A DNA stretch of 64,000 nt from Candidatus Woesearchaeota archaeon (GCA_030750765.1 JASMHM010000002.1:21772-85771); one strand, 5' to 3'; positions 28,558-39,284 are shown, numbered from the stretch's first letter. Notes: generated by a model not told the origin, from the letters alone. Made by a program: numbers and translations.

Positions 28558-28881
28558 ATGGCATTCCGAGATTTTTTCAAAAGCCAAGAAACGAAGAACG
28601 AAGAACTCTTGACGAATCTTGGTACGTGGGCCACCCAGGTATCTAAGTGGACGGTGGCTTTGAATGGCCTACCGCCTGCTGATAGGGGAAGTGGGATTAG
28701 GTCGCTGCAGACCTTTACCAGAGTGTCTAATGCAACTTCGGCCAAGCTACGGGTAGAACCGAAAGCAGATGTTTCTGGCGATAAGGCGGAAATGACTGTG
28801 GCTTTGACTGATGTGCTAGAGGTCATGAAGGATGAGACCTCACGGGCACAGATAGAAGTGGTCTTAGCTGCCTTGAAGTAG
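28558..28881 (+). CDS. Hypothetical protein
   Basis: 107-aa ORF downstream of a TATA-like TTAAATA. Confidence 0.55.
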   Translation: MAFRDFFKSQETKNEELLTNLGTWATQVSKWTVALNGLPPADRGSGIRSLQTFTRVSNATSAKLRVEPKADVSGDKAEMTVALTDVLEVMKDETSRAQIEVVLAALK

Positions 28882-28936
28882 TTTACGTTTTTTCTTCTAC
28901 CTTATAAATCTGCACAAAGGGTTTAAAAGTAGTTTT

Positions 28937-30064
28937 TCAAGCATGCACGCGGCGAACGTACTCGCCAAGGTCGTCCATGGCGATTTTTACGGCTTCCCTG
29001 TCCCCGACACGAGTGATGAAATCAAGAGATGGGCGTAGTTGAACGTAAGCATCATGTGTTGCTGTGGTTTTGTGCTCTTTTGCCCATCGTTCAGGCTCAG
29101 GAATGCCTAATGTCTTCCCAAAGTGTTGAAGAAGGTAGTTGGCTAGTCCTTCATGCAGGCCTTCTGCTGCTTTCATGCACATGTCTCGCGCCTCGGCAGG
29201 TGGCCTTCCTTGGGTTCGCAACGCCTTTTCGTAATCATCCTCTGAAAACGATGTGTTGAGGGGTATTGTTTCGGAGAACACGGCGAAACTTAAAACATCG
29301 CGTACCGGAAGGAAGATAGCAAACAAGGGGTTCTCTCGTGAGTGGCCACGGCCGAGGGTTACGCTCGCTCCTTGTCGATGTTTGACACGCCAAACGCTTG
29401 CTGACCTCTCTGGCTCTTGTCTGGTAGATCCTGTAAGTTCGGTGACCTGCCACATGTATCTGCCAAGGTACGCCTCATTCATCGCTATTCCGTCTTTTTT
29501 ATCGTTGATACCAATGAACGGTATTGTAAAAGGATGGAACTCGGGGTAACGGGTATACGTGAAATCAAGAGCACGCTCGGCGTAATTCCTTGCGTGTTCT
29601 GTCTGTTCTACCGCCTCAGGACTGACGAAGTAGCTTTTGGAAACATTGGTGAGGACCGTTCCTTGTTTGATGCCCTCTTGTTCCATTTTTTGTGTGAGCG
29701 GGGTCCATCCACTTTGGAGTATTTTGTGGTACTCAGGATCCCCTCCTCTTAGGATGTCAACGCTATGTAGGGTGTTGTATTTTTTTTGGTTCGCAACAAA
29801 CTGATCTACAAATCCTGCTGAGGGATTGCTTAATTCATAACGATCTGGGTGGTCTTCTTGTAAGTACAGAAATTTCCATTCTGGTGGTGTGCGCGGCCAA
29901 AAATTCCAAGCACCCAATGCTGCCCCTGCTCCTCCTAGCACTGATCCGAAAACGAATCCTCTGCGCCCCATCCAGTGGGCTGGAGCTGGGACCTTTGCTG
30001 GCACGGTGGCTGCAGAGTTAGGCCTATTTTTGGCTCTCTTTTTCCTCCGAGTTGGTCTGCTCAT
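28937..30064 (-). CDS. Hypothetical membrane-anchored/secreted protein
   Basis: Basic N-terminus, GRRGFV twin-arginine-like motif followed by a hydrophobic helix. Confidence 0.6.
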   Translation of the reverse strand: MSRPTRRKKRAKNRPNSAATVPAKVPAPAHWMGRRGFVFGSVLGGAGAALGAWNFWPRTPPEWKFLYLQEDHPDRYELSNPSAGFVDQFVANQKKYNTLHSVDILRGGDPEYHKILQSGWTPLTQKMEQEGIKQGTVLTNVSKSYFVSPEAVEQTEHARNYAERALDFTYTRYPEFHPFTIPFIGINDKKDGIAMNEAYLGRYMWQVTELTGSTRQEPERSASVWRVKHRQGASVTLGRGHSRENPLFAIFLPVRDVLSFAVFSETIPLNTSFSEDDYEKALRTQGRPPAEARDMCMKAAEGLHEGLANYLLQHFGKTLGIPEPERWAKEHKTTATHDAYVQLRPSLDFITRVGDREAVKIAMDDLGEYVRRVHA

Positions 30065-30169
30065 CTCTAAAATGGTAAACGTTGCCTTATAAAGACCTCC
30101 TTAGTTATCACGATGGTGGGACGTCGGTCTAGACTAAGCTTAATATATGTCTTCAAGCGTACCATTCCC

Positions 30170-30517
30170 ATGAGCTTACAAAAGAAGTTCGCAACCGGAT
30201 TGGGTGCGTTGTTATTGATTGTAGGTATTTGGGGTTTTGTGGCAGGTAGCGTGTTGATCTTTGATGTCAACACTCCCCACAACATTCTGCACGTCGTTAC
30301 TGGTGTGCTAGGATTGGTGGCAGGGTTGACTGCTGGTGGAGCGCAAGCAAAGACCTTCAACGTGATTTTTGGTATAGTGTATGCTTTAGTCACAGTTGTT
30401 GGCTTGTTGAACATTCCCAGCATGGTTAACTTGCTGAACCTGAATGCTGCAGACAACATCCTGCACTTGGTGATTGCCGTAGCCACGTTAGGTGTGGCGT
30501 TTGGAAGTCACGATTAA
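30170..30517 (+). CDS. DUF4383 membrane protein
   Basis: VN..HNILHVVTG, NAADNILHL; followed by a T-rich tract. Confidence 0.85.
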   Translation: MSLQKKFATGLGALLLIVGIWGFVAGSVLIFDVNTPHNILHVVTGVLGLVAGLTAGGAQAKTFNVIFGIVYALVTVVGLLNIPSMVNLLNLNAADNILHLVIAVATLGVAFGSHD

Positions 30518-30557
30518 TTTTTTTCTTTTTTTTAGAAACCCATAAATACTAAAGAGC

Positions 30558-31061
30558 ATGCGTTACACTATGCGACCACCATTACAGCACATTTTTGAGG
30601 AAGCCCAAAGAAGGGGTACCCAGGTTGCTGCTGCAGAACGAGCGTTTTGTCAGCGTTTTGGAGAAAACTTGGATGTGGCTACGAAAAGACTAGCACCAAG
30701 AAAACAATTCCCCAGAAGCCCTGCACAGATGCGTTCCATACTGTTTGAGGCAAAAAAACAAGAGTTAATGTTGTTGATGCCCTTGGCTGAGACGTTTGCT
30801 TCTTATTCTGCACACCTGAAAGTTGTTGATGCAAGTCTAGCAGAGGATGTTGTTGCGGGCACAAGCACGTTCCATCCTGCGTTGTTACAAAAGCTAGGCG
30901 AGCACATGCGCCTTTTGATGCCAGAAGATCCTGCATCACATATTCAAGGGAATATACAATTTGCAGACACCGAACAAGGACCTCGTGCTAGCATGGCCGA
31001 TCCGTTAAGTGAGCGTATAGCTGATGTGAATGAATTGTTGAAACAATTGCGTGATAAGTAG
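30558..31061 (+). CDS. Hypothetical protein
   Basis: 167-aa ORF. Confidence 0.55.
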   Translation: MRYTMRPPLQHIFEEAQRRGTQVAAAERAFCQRFGENLDVATKRLAPRKQFPRSPAQMRSILFEAKKQELMLLMPLAETFASYSAHLKVVDASLAEDVVAGTSTFHPALLQKLGEHMRLLMPEDPASHIQGNIQFADTEQGPRASMADPLSERIADVNELLKQLRDK

Positions 31062-31069
31062 CTAGATAT

Positions 31070-31771
31070 TTATGGATTGTTTTGACTTTGGGCCATCTCA
31101 ATTTGTGCCCTTTCGGTGTTTATTCGCTTCAATTGCTCTCGCATGGACATAACTAACTTGTTCAAGAGAGGGTCATACTCTAGGTTGCTATTATCCACAA
31201 GTGTTTGCATTGCCTGAACAAGGCCGCTGCCGTCCCTGCCTATCTGCACAAGTATGAGCTTTAACTCTGTAAGGAGTGCCAGAAGTTCCTCTCTCTGGCT
31301 GCCAGAAGCACTTTTTAGGGCTTGCTTCCATGCCGCCTCACTGAAACCTATCTCTGAAATGAAGTCCACCCAGATTTGGTCTTCTTCTTTGCCAGTAATC
31401 TTAGCTAGGAGTGCTATAAGTCCCTTCTCAAGATTTTCTTTTTTCTGGACCTTACCCGTCTCGACTTCCAACAGAGCCAAAACTCTCTCCCTCTCCTCAG
31501 CAGACATGGAATATTGTCCACGCTGCAGCCGGGAGCGAATTTTTACAATGTCGGGTGATCCAAGATAGCTAGCAAGTGATATGGCGAGTCTCCTATCCAG
31601 CATTCCTTCGCCATGCAAACTGCTTACGCTGAGCATTTTTAGTGCCACGTCTTCTGCCCTTTTCTTGTTGTACCTAATTCCGGTGAATCCCAAGACTGTT
31701 GCGATAACCGCAATTGCCAACATAACTTTATTTTTGTTGGATAAGATAGGTATAGAGCTTATGGTGGGCAC
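31070..31771 (-). CDS. Hypothetical membrane-anchored helical protein
   Basis: N-terminal TM segment, helical remainder. Confidence 0.6.
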   Translation of the reverse strand: MPTISSIPILSNKNKVMLAIAVIATVLGFTGIRYNKKRAEDVALKMLSVSSLHGEGMLDRRLAISLASYLGSPDIVKIRSRLQRGQYSMSAEERERVLALLEVETGKVQKKENLEKGLIALLAKITGKEEDQIWVDFISEIGFSEAAWKQALKSASGSQREELLALLTELKLILVQIGRDGSGLVQAMQTLVDNSNLEYDPLLNKLVMSMREQLKRINTERAQIEMAQSQNNP

Positions 31772-31816
31772 GTCATATATATTTCTTTGCCTTTTGCTTA
31801 AAAGCAGCAGAGTTCA

Positions 31817-32221
31817 CTACGCCCAAAATCCTGATTTTCTCAGCACCCATTCTACCCCGTCAACCTTGTCTAATTCTTTGATCTCTGCTATAGAAAAGAA
31901 CTTTGCTTCGGAAATGTCCTCTCTCGCTATCACTTCTGAAGATCGTGGTGAGGCGAGAAAGAAGAACACAATAGAATGGTAGTCTCCTGGAAGGTTTATG
32001 ATTTCCTTATGACATAACAACTTGTGAATTTCTACATCCAAGTTTGTTTCTTCTTTGATCTCTCTTAGTGCTGCGTTTTGCAAGGACTCTCCCCATTGTA
32101 CACCGCCGCCAGGGATGACCCACTTGTTGTTAGCGTTCTTCTTGTTTCTTAGACCAAGCAAGAATTTCCCATCTTTCATCACTAACACTGCTGCGCCAAG
32201 GCGAGGTCGTTGCTTGTCCAT
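31817..32221 (-). CDS. NUDIX hydrolase (ADP-ribose pyrophosphatase-like)
   Basis: PGGGVQWGESLQNAALREIKEETNL. Confidence 0.9.
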   Translation of the reverse strand: MDKQRPRLGAAVLVMKDGKFLLGLRNKKNANNKWVIPGGGVQWGESLQNAALREIKEETNLDVEIHKLLCHKEIINLPGDYHSIVFFFLASPRSSEVIAREDISEAKFFSIAEIKELDKVDGVEWVLRKSGFWA

Positions 32222-32305
32222 GGGTGCGGGATCAGCGTTTGCTATATAAAATGAAGTAGAAAATAGGTCCATCAACCTTTTAAATCATGATTACGAGGTT
32301 AGTTT

Positions 32306-32950
32306 ATGGATTGTGTGATCTTAGCAGGTGGAAAGGGTACTAGAATGGGAGAAGGTCCTCCTAAGGCGTTAGTGCTAGCACAAGGTATCGCCATTCTTGA
32401 CAGGCAGATAAACTATTTTAATGATAAAGTGGAGAACATCATAGTTAGTTTGGGCCATCGTGCTGAAGAAGTGGTAGAACACCTCAAAAAGGAGCACGCT
32501 GACAAGAATGTAACGTGGGTTGTTGAGGAAGAACCTCTTGGTACTGCAGGCGGATTGCGATTAGCGCTGGCTAAAACAGATGCTGACAAGATTGTCGTAC
32601 AAAACTGTGATGATATTGCAGATGTTGATCTCAAAAAGTTAGAAAAGTGTGAAGATCCTACTATTTGTTTGGCGCACCCTCATCTTCCTTTTGGGTTGGT
32701 GGAAGAACATGAAGGGTATGCTAAGTTTACCGAAAAACCTTTGCTGGATACGTATTGCAGCATGGGGTGGTATGTTTTCAAAACCAAAGACATTCTACCG
32801 TTGCTGCCAGTAAACGGCATGCTAGAGTATGATGTCTTCCCTAACATGAAGCTCAAAGTGCATCATCATGAAGGTTTTTGGAGAAGTTTGAACCTAAAGA
32901 AGGATGTTACAGAATTTGAAGATATAGAGCTGCCTTTGGCGTTGAGATGA
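32306..32950 (+). CDS. Nucleotidyltransferase family protein
   Basis: LAGGKGTRM..PKAL, EEPLGTAGGL, FTEKP. Confidence 0.88.
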   Translation: MDCVILAGGKGTRMGEGPPKALVLAQGIAILDRQINYFNDKVENIIVSLGHRAEEVVEHLKKEHADKNVTWVVEEEPLGTAGGLRLALAKTDADKIVVQNCDDIADVDLKKLEKCEDPTICLAHPHLPFGLVEEHEGYAKFTEKPLLDTYCSMGWYVFKTKDILPLLPVNGMLEYDVFPNMKLKVHHHEGFWRSLNLKKDVTEFEDIELPLALR

Positions 32951-32981
32951 GTAGTGCACTAACATCCTACCCTAAAGATTA

Positions 32982-33203
32982 TCATTTCTTATTTATCCAT
33001 TTGTTAACTTTTCTTCTTATTACTTTATTGGTTGAATACGCATAAGTGCTATCTAGTCCTAGAATGACGGTACTGATCGTTGCCGGGACTTCCCCTGCTA
33101 ACGCCTTAGCAGATTTATAAATTAAAACAATCATAACCATTGCCACAAAGATTAGTCGACCGTACTGAACAACATCTTCAGTAGTTTTTTCAGCTGGATG
33201 CAT
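32982..33203 (-). CDS. Small membrane protein
   Basis: 73 aa, hydrophobic helix and basic C-terminus. Confidence 0.45.
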   Translation of the reverse strand: MHPAEKTTEDVVQYGRLIFVAMVMIVLIYKSAKALAGEVPATISTVILGLDSTYAYSTNKVIRRKVNKWINKK

Positions 33204-33243
33204 TACTTAAAACACCCTTTAAGCGTATACAAAATTTATGGAT

Positions 33244-34302
33244 CTAAGAAAACCAACCTTTCTTAGCAGAGCCAGCAAACTCTTTTAGTGCTTCCTTTTG
33301 TTTCTTGGATAAGCGTTTTGGTACGTCTGCGAGTGCGCGAATATGGAGGTCTCCTTGACCGCCACGCACCGAGGGCATGCCTTTGCCATTGAGCTTGAAG
33401 ACGGTGTTGTCTTGGGTGCCTGCAGGAATCTTAAGATCTGCCTTTCCATCTAAGGTTTCTATCTCTACCGTGCCTCCCAAGCATAGTATGGGGAATGGCA
33501 CTCTGTGTTCGGCTAGTAAGTGTGGTCCTCGTCTTTCAAAGCGATCGTCTGTTTGTACATGGATGAAGACGAAAAGGTCTCCATCTCTGCCGCCCTTCAA
33601 TCCTGCTTCGCCTTGTCCTGCTAGGCGTAGGCGCATGCCGTCCTCAACTCCTGCGGGGATGTCTGCTTCTATCTTTCTTTTCTTTTTTGCGCGTCCTTGT
33701 CCTTCACACTCTTTGCATTCGTTTTGGTAGGTAACACCACTTCCAGAGCAGGGCTTGCATGGCCTTTGCGTGGCAAACACTCCTAGAGGTGTTTGGTGGG
33801 CTTGTTGGACGCTTCCTTGGCCTCCACAGTGCTCGCACGCTTCCTCTCCGGTGCCACCTTGACCTTCACATTCTTCGCATGATACAAACGTACTGAGGGA
33901 TATATCTTTTTGGAGGCCTTGGCTGGCTTGTTTTAACGTAATGCTTACTTCTGTTTGTAGGTCATTGCCGTGCTGTCCTTGTCGTTTTCCGAATCCTTTG
34001 AAGCCGAATCCGCCAAAGAAACTGTCTACTAAGTCATCAAAATTGCCAAAGTTAAAGCCACTAAAGTCTTGTCCTTGGAAGTTGGGTGCGTCTGCAGTGC
34101 CGTACGTGTCGTATTGCTGTTTTTTGTTCTCATCCCCTAGCACGGCTGCTGCTTCTGAGATTTCTTTGAAGCGTTCTGCTGCGTTTTCTTCTTTAGAAAT
34201 GTCTGGATGGTACTTTTTTGCGAGCTTTTTGTAGGCTTTCTTGATCTCCTCTTTACTTGCGTCTCTGCCTACACCTAATAGCTCGTAGTAATCCTTACTC
34301 AT
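33244..34302 (-). CDS. dnaJ: Chaperone DnaJ
   Basis: J domain HPD, G/F-rich region, four CxxCxGxG repeats. Confidence 0.97.
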   Translation of the reverse strand: MSKDYYELLGVGRDASKEEIKKAYKKLAKKYHPDISKEENAAERFKEISEAAAVLGDENKKQQYDTYGTADAPNFQGQDFSGFNFGNFDDLVDSFFGGFGFKGFGKRQGQHGNDLQTEVSITLKQASQGLQKDISLSTFVSCEECEGQGGTGEEACEHCGGQGSVQQAHQTPLGVFATQRPCKPCSGSGVTYQNECKECEGQGRAKKKRKIEADIPAGVEDGMRLRLAGQGEAGLKGGRDGDLFVFIHVQTDDRFERRGPHLLAEHRVPFPILCLGGTVEIETLDGKADLKIPAGTQDNTVFKLNGKGMPSVRGGQGDLHIRALADVPKRLSKKQKEALKEFAGSAKKGWFS

Positions 34303-34331
34303 TCTTGCGCTTGCTTCCGAATGCCTTTAAA

Positions 34332-36182
34332 TTACTTCTTCTCTTTGAAGTCAGCATCCACTGTTTTTTCTTTGGTTTCCTTCTTGTCTGCCTTTGAGTC
34401 TGCTTTTGGCTTTGCTTTCTCTTGCTCTTTTGCAGCTTTTTCGTACAGCTCGGTAGCCATCTTTTGGGCTACTTCTTTTGCTGCCTCTACTGCCTTTTTC
34501 AGAGCGGGCATGTCCTTAGGATCTTTGGCTAGCTCTTTCTTAACCACTTCTACCTTGTCTTTGACGGCTTTCACTTGGTCTTCTTTGACCTTGCCCTTGA
34601 CGTCACCTAAGGTTTTCTCTGTGGTGTACACTAAGGTTTCGGCTTCGTTTAACAATTCTGCCTCTTCCTTTCGCTTTTTGTCTTGCTCTGCGAACTTTTC
34701 TGCATCCTTCCGCATCTTTTCCACTTCTGCTTCGTCTAGCTTGTTGGGTGCAGTGATCTTGATGCTTTGTTCTTTGCTCGTTCCAAGATCTTTTGCTGAC
34801 ACTTGTAAGATTCCGTTAGCATCTATGTCAAAGGTTACCTCAATCTGTGGTACGCCTCTTGGTGCTGCAGGAATACCTACAAGATCGAACTGTCCGAGGT
34901 TTTTGTTGTCCTCGTACATCGGTCGTTCTCCTTGGCCTACACGTATCGTTACGGCAGGTTGTGAGTCTGCTGCTGTTGAGAAGGTTTGCTTCTTTTTTGC
35001 AGGGATGGTGGTGTTCTTGTCTATCACTTTTGTGAAGACTCCGCCTAACGTTTCGATACCTAGGCTTAGAGGTGTGACATCTAGTAGTAAGACGTCCTTA
35101 ACATCTCCAGACAGCACGCCTGCTTGGATGGCTGCTCCTTGTGCAACACATTCCATAGGGTCTACGCCTCGTTCTGGTTTCTTGCCTAGCCATTCCTCAA
35201 CTTTGCGTTGTACGATGGGCATTCTTGTGGGTCCGCCTACCATGATGACTTTGTCAATGTCTTTTGCAGACAACTTTGCATCTTCTATCGCAGTGTGTAC
35301 GCTCTTGTGACATTTTTCTACGATTTCGTCCACTAATTGTTCTACTTCTGTGCGTTTGAGTGCAAAGCTGCAGCTTATGGGTCCAGAACTTCCTTGTGCG
35401 ATGAACGGAAGGTTTACTTCTGTTTCTACCACTTGGGAAAGTTCGATCTTTCGCTTTTCTGCTTCTTCACGAACTCTTTGCATGGCTGCGTTATCATCAT
35501 TCAGATCCACGTTATGGAGTTCTTTGACTTTTCCCACAATATGGTTGATGATGACATCATCCATGTCTGTTCCGCCTAGTTGTGTGTCTCCAGAGGTGGA
35601 CTTGACTTCAAAAACGTCATCTCCGAATTCCATGATGGTGACGTCTAACGTTCCACCGCCAAGGTCAAACACTAATATTTTTTGTTCTCCGTCTTTCTTG
35701 TCTAACCCGTACGCTAGTGCTGCAGCAGTGGGTTCGTTGATTATTCTTTCTACTTTCAACCCTGCAATTTCACCTGCGTCTTTGGTTGCTTGTCGTTGAT
35801 TATCATCAAAGTATGCCGGTACGGTGATGACTGCTTTCTCTATCTTTTCTCCTAAAAAGGATTCTGCGTCTTGCTTTATCTTTTGGAGGATTAGCGAGCT
35901 TACCTGTTGGGGTGTGTATTCCTTTCCATGGACGGTGTATTTGAAGCTTGATCCCATCTTTCGCTTTGCAGCCATGATGGTTCCATCTGGGTTGGAGATT
36001 GCTTGGCGTTTTGCTGGTTCTCCTACTAATGATTTGCCTTCTTTGTCAAAGCTTACCACAGAGGGGAAGGCTTTGCCGTAGAGGCTTGCGCCTTCTGCTG
36101 AGGGTATGATCTTTGGTCTGCCTGCTTCTAAGATTGCGGCTGCGCTGTTACTAGTTCCTAGGTCTATTCCGATTATTTTCAT
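34332..36182 (-). CDS. dnaK: Chaperone DnaK (Hsp70)
   Basis: [29 protein letters not shown]. Confidence 0.98.
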   Translation of the reverse strand: MKIIGIDLGTSNSAAAILEAGRPKIIPSAEGASLYGKAFPSVVSFDKEGKSLVGEPAKRQAISNPDGTIMAAKRKMGSSFKYTVHGKEYTPQQVSSLILQKIKQDAESFLGEKIEKAVITVPAYFDDNQRQATKDAGEIAGLKVERIINEPTAAALAYGLDKKDGEQKILVFDLGGGTLDVTIMEFGDDVFEVKSTSGDTQLGGTDMDDVIINHIVGKVKELHNVDLNDDNAAMQRVREEAEKRKIELSQVVETEVNLPFIAQGSSGPISCSFALKRTEVEQLVDEIVEKCHKSVHTAIEDAKLSAKDIDKVIMVGGPTRMPIVQRKVEEWLGKKPERGVDPMECVAQGAAIQAGVLSGDVKDVLLLDVTPLSLGIETLGGVFTKVIDKNTTIPAKKKQTFSTAADSQPAVTIRVGQGERPMYEDNKNLGQFDLVGIPAAPRGVPQIEVTFDIDANGILQVSAKDLGTSKEQSIKITAPNKLDEAEVEKMRKDAEKFAEQDKKRKEEAELLNEAETLVYTTEKTLGDVKGKVKEDQVKAVKDKVEVVKKELAKDPKDMPALKKAVEAAKEVAQKMATELYEKAAKEQEKAKPKADSKADKKETKEKTVDADFKEKK

Positions 36183-36622
36183 TGTTTTCTCCTGCTAATG
36201 CTCACTTTGGCATAGCGTAGTACTTTGTCTCCGATTATGTATCCAGGTTGGATCTCTTGTACGATGCTTCCTGGGGATTGTTTGCTGTCTACTTCTAAGA
36301 CTACTTCATGTTTGAAGGGGTCTGGTGACCCTTTGCAGGGTATGCATTTGACTCCTTGACTTTCGAGGAACTTGTCAAGGCGTTTTGCTATGGTTACTAC
36401 GCCTTGGGCAAGCTCTTCTTGGGAAGCGTTATTCACGTTGTGTACTGCGTGATGGAAGTCATCTATGATGTGTAGTAAGTCATGGATGACGTTGTGGCGG
36501 ATCTCTTGTTGCATGGATGCTCTTTCTTTCTCAACACGTTTTACGTAGTTTTCAAAGTCTGCTTGGACTCTTTTCAACTGGTCCAACGTGTCGTTCTTTG
36601 GTGTTTTTGGTTTTCCCGCCAT
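36179..36622 (-). CDS. grpE: Nucleotide exchange factor GrpE
   Basis: [19 protein letters not shown]....VLRYAKV. Confidence 0.95.
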   Translation of the reverse strand: MAGKPKTPKNDTLDQLKRVQADFENYVKRVEKERASMQQEIRHNVIHDLLHIIDDFHHAVHNVNNASQEELAQGVVTIAKRLDKFLESQGVKCIPCKGSPDPFKHEVVLEVDSKQSPGSIVQEIQPGYIIGDKVLRYAKVSISRRKQ

Positions 36623-36630
36623 CGTAAATG

Positions 36631-36647
36631 GTTGACCTTAGGTCAAC
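36631..36647. promoter_or_regulatory. Perfect inverted repeat upstream of grpE (candidate heat-shock operator)
   Basis: GTTGACC-TTA-GGTCAAC, 9-25 nt upstream of the grpE ATG. Confidence 0.6.
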
Positions 36648-36722
36648 ATAATGGTATGTAAGATGCGTTTCATATATAAACCTTTCGGAAAAGCTTAAAT
36701 AGGGGTGTTGGTTAACTACCGT

Positions 36723-37115
36723 ATGATCAAGCGCAAGATCGTTCTTGTGAGAACCGGCACGCCCAGCCGAAACATTAATGCAGAATTGCAATGGTTCGGG
36801 CAAAGCTTAGGATTGTTTGGTCCGAGAGATCGCGATAAGAGCGCATTTAGGCTTTTTTTGGAGTTATTGAAGGCTGCCAAGGCACAAGAGAGCATGAGCT
36901 CAGATGAGCTCGCAAACAGGTTGCTGATTACTCGAGCTACTGTAGTGTACCATCTTAACGAGTTGATGGAACGCGGTCTAGTAGTGCAGCAAAGGAAGAG
37001 ATATTTGCTTCGCGAACAAGAATTACAGCGCTTAATGGATGACTTACAAAGAGATGTGGAAGCAACATTACATCACATGCGTGATGTTGCTAAGGAAATA
37101 GACGAACGCCTATAA
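36723..37115 (+). CDS. Winged-helix (ArsR-like) transcriptional regulator
   Basis: SSDELANRLLITRATVVYHLNELMERGLV with C-terminal coiled coil. Confidence 0.8.
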   Translation: MIKRKIVLVRTGTPSRNINAELQWFGQSLGLFGPRDRDKSAFRLFLELLKAAKAQESMSSDELANRLLITRATVVYHLNELMERGLVVQQRKRYLLREQELQRLMDDLQRDVEATLHHMRDVAKEIDERL

Positions 37116-37617
37116 TCATGTGGATGAAGTATAACACGATAAGTCCAAAAATGAAGACTCCTAACAACACTAGCCATCCTTGTCCTGAGGTTGGCACCTT
37201 CCATTCTGTCTTTGGTGGGGTAGGGACGTCTACCGTAACCTCGACGGGAACGTCGATAACTGGTTCGTTTGTTGCTTCTGGAATGGTGCTGTGAGAGATG
37301 AATAACGTTGCTACCTTGAACGGACTCACATCTAACAGATTAACATTGACGCGTCTGCCCTCCAATTCTAGCTGTTGCAAGGCGTTAATGCTGAGTTCAT
37401 GGCTTACCTGTCCTGGAAAGAGTTCGTAAAAGATGCTTTCATTCGTGATGTCTTTGATGGCAAGGGAAATAGTAGTGCCTTCAATGCGTACGACATCATC
37501 CTTGATGGTTTCTATGGTCGCTGATGTTTCTTTAACGTCGATAAAGTCAGGACTTCTATGTTGATCTGCAGCCATAACTGAGGTGGCTAACAACAACATC
37601 AAAAGTAACCGTCGCAT
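37090..37617 (-). CDS. Secreted protein with C-terminal TM anchor
   Basis: Signal peptide MRRLLLMLLLATSVMA, Pro/Thr/Val linker, C-terminal TM. Confidence 0.65.
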   Translation of the reverse strand: MRRLLLMLLLATSVMAADQHRSPDFIDVKETSATIETIKDDVVRIEGTTISLAIKDITNESIFYELFPGQVSHELSINALQQLELEGRRVNVNLLDVSPFKVATLFISHSTIPEATNEPVIDVPVEVTVDVPTPPKTEWKVPTSGQGWLVLLGVFIFGLIVLYFIHMIIGVRLFP

Positions 37618-37648
37618 GGTGAGGAAAGCAGAAGGTGGGTTAAAAAGG

Positions 37649-37870
37649 TTAGTCAATCTGGTCTACGGAGGGAGATTCTTGCTTGTCCTCCATTCCCGCA
37701 ATACATGGCCACAGACTGTCGAAATTCGCTAAGGCAGAGTCATAAGCTACGTACAAATTGTTTGTTCTAGGAGTCTCTCCATCTGCTGGTTTTTCATGTA
37801 GATTCTGACGTCTCCCTTTCACAAGATACTTTCTGTGCGCCAAAAGAACATTGTCTAATCGTGTAACCAT
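37649..37870 (-). CDS. Hypothetical protein
   Basis: 73-aa ORF with TTTATAAA about 25 nt upstream. Confidence 0.45.
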   Translation of the reverse strand: MVTRLDNVLLAHRKYLVKGRRQNLHEKPADGETPRTNNLYVAYDSALANFDSLWPCIAGMEDKQESPSVDQID

Positions 37871-37902
37871 AGAACTAATAATGCATAGGGAATTTATAAA
37901 CG

Positions 37903-38013
37903 TTAGTTTGGATCAGGGATGGCGCCCTCGTCGTGGCCATCGTCTTCGAAGACGTCTTCTTCGTCGTCATCTTCTGCCTCAGAAAAATCCTTAGGATCGT
38001 ATACTTCTGCCAT
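37903..38013 (-). CDS. 36-aa highly acidic microprotein (absent from the ORF track)
   Basis: MAEVYDPKDFSEAEDDDEEDVFEDDGHDEGAIPDPN; TAATG overlap with the rpl15e stop. Confidence 0.6.
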   Translation of the reverse strand: MAEVYDPKDFSEAEDDDEEDVFEDDGHDEGAIPDPN

Positions 38014-38567
38014 TATTGTTTCCTCTTGTTAGCTCGCCGGCTAGGTCGGGCTTTTTCTCGTCCCTTACCCTTGCCTCGCATGCCTCTTACTTTCTTTCCA
38101 GCACTTGTTAGCCCTCGATTAACTCTGCCTTTCCTGTTCTCTAGGTGTGGCATTCTAGCTTTCACATCTGGACTTTGTGGATCTGCAAGGATGACTTCAT
38201 ACCAAGCATGGATGCCGTCTTGGCCCACCCAGTATGAGTTCAACACTTCAGTATTCGGAAACGCGTTGCCAGCTCTTTGCTCAGCAATCACTTGATAGTT
38301 TTTTCTTAAGTTTAATCTTCCTGTCTTGTTCTTGCTTCTGTGACCGCCAGCAAAGCTCTTCTTGTGCGGTCCTCGAATGACTGTCTGTCGTACAACGAAT
38401 AATCCTTTGATAGGCTTGTAACCAAGACTTCTAGCGCGATCTAATCTTGTAGGTCTTTCTAGACGTACGGTGGAGGCGTCCCGACGCCAGGCCATGATGC
38501 GTTCTCTCCACATCGCCATTTGCTTGGGCTTTTTCCACAATAATCGCATTCTTGTGTATAAAGACAT
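38013..38567 (-). CDS. rpl15e: 50S ribosomal protein L15e
   Basis: RPTRLDRARSLGYK, NTEVLNSYWVGQDG, RGLTSAGKK. Confidence 0.97.
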   Translation of the reverse strand: MSLYTRMRLLWKKPKQMAMWRERIMAWRRDASTVRLERPTRLDRARSLGYKPIKGLFVVRQTVIRGPHKKSFAGGHRSKNKTGRLNLRKNYQVIAEQRAGNAFPNTEVLNSYWVGQDGIHAWYEVILADPQSPDVKARMPHLENRKGRVNRGLTSAGKKVRGMRGKGKGREKARPSRRANKRKQ

Positions 38568-38606
38568 AACTCCAAAAAACAGAGGGCAGTTTAAAAAGGT
38601 TGTGGA

Positions 38607-39284
38607 TTAGATAGCTGCTACACTTCTTAACCAACTAGATATTCTGAAGCGACTTTTTTTGGGTTGAGGGGCAGGAGCCACATGGCGCTCTTCTCGAGGC
38701 GCGTGTGAGTATTCTCTTGTTCCTTTCTGGAAATCATATTGTCTGCTGAAGTTCATCCCGCCAAACAATTGTTGGTTATCCTTAAAGAACAGACTAAATT
38801 GTGGACGCACAACAAGGTTTTCTTCGATCCCTTGCTCATACGCGATTCTTCCTTGTATAAGGTTGAAAACGTGTTTGAAATCGCGGGTGGTAATCTTGGG
38901 ATCTTTGATATTACCTGCTTTTACAGATTGCGCGTAAATTTTTGCTTGTTTTACTAATGCGTTTCTTGCCGTGCGCAAATAGTCAACATTCAGAGTCTCT
39001 TGAGAGTCACGTAAGTCATTTGCGGTCATGTAGAGCGCACTTTCAAGTGTGTCAGCAGGATCGCTAGTATTGTAATTGCAAACGTCTTCTTCTATGGTGT
39101 TGCCTCGAACAGGAAAACATTCTTTTACTTTGCTTTTCATTCTTTGAAACAAAGATTTTTCCACATTGCGACCTTCATTCACCACGCCGAGCCATGCGTC
39201 AGGACTTTTAGATCTGCCCATCATGCGATACGCTATCGCTTTTGAAGTGCTTAACCCGGTCCCATCGTATGTAGCGGTTGTCAC
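38607..39284 (-). CDS. Hypothetical protein
   Basis: 225-aa ORF with GTG start. Confidence 0.6.
   Translation of the reverse strand: MTTATYDGTGLSTSKAIAYRMMGRSKSPDAWLGVVNEGRNVEKSLFQRMKSKVKECFPVRGNTIEEDVCNYNTSDPADTLESALYMTANDLRDSQETLNVDYLRTARNALVKQAKIYAQSVKAGNIKDPKITTRDFKHVFNLIQGRIAYEQGIEENLVVRPQFSLFFKDNQQLFGGMNFSRQYDFQKGTREYSHAPREERHVAPAPQPKKSRFRISSWLRSVAAI

Noticed and set aside
32982-33203. Holin or provirus marker
   Set aside because: Only generic small membrane protein features; no integrase, capsid, terminase or att sites nearby.
34321-35799. Long + strand ORFs (329 aa, 149 aa) opposite dnaK, and similar shadows opposite srp54, lhr, htpX and gltX
   Set aside because: Antisense shadows of well-supported genes, with Ser/Phe/Leu-rich mirror composition and no motifs.
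36631-36647. CIRCE or HAIR element
   Set aside because: Sequence and spacing do not match TTAGCACTC-N9-GAGTGCTAA or CTTGAGT-N7-ACTCAAG; reported as a new candidate operator instead.
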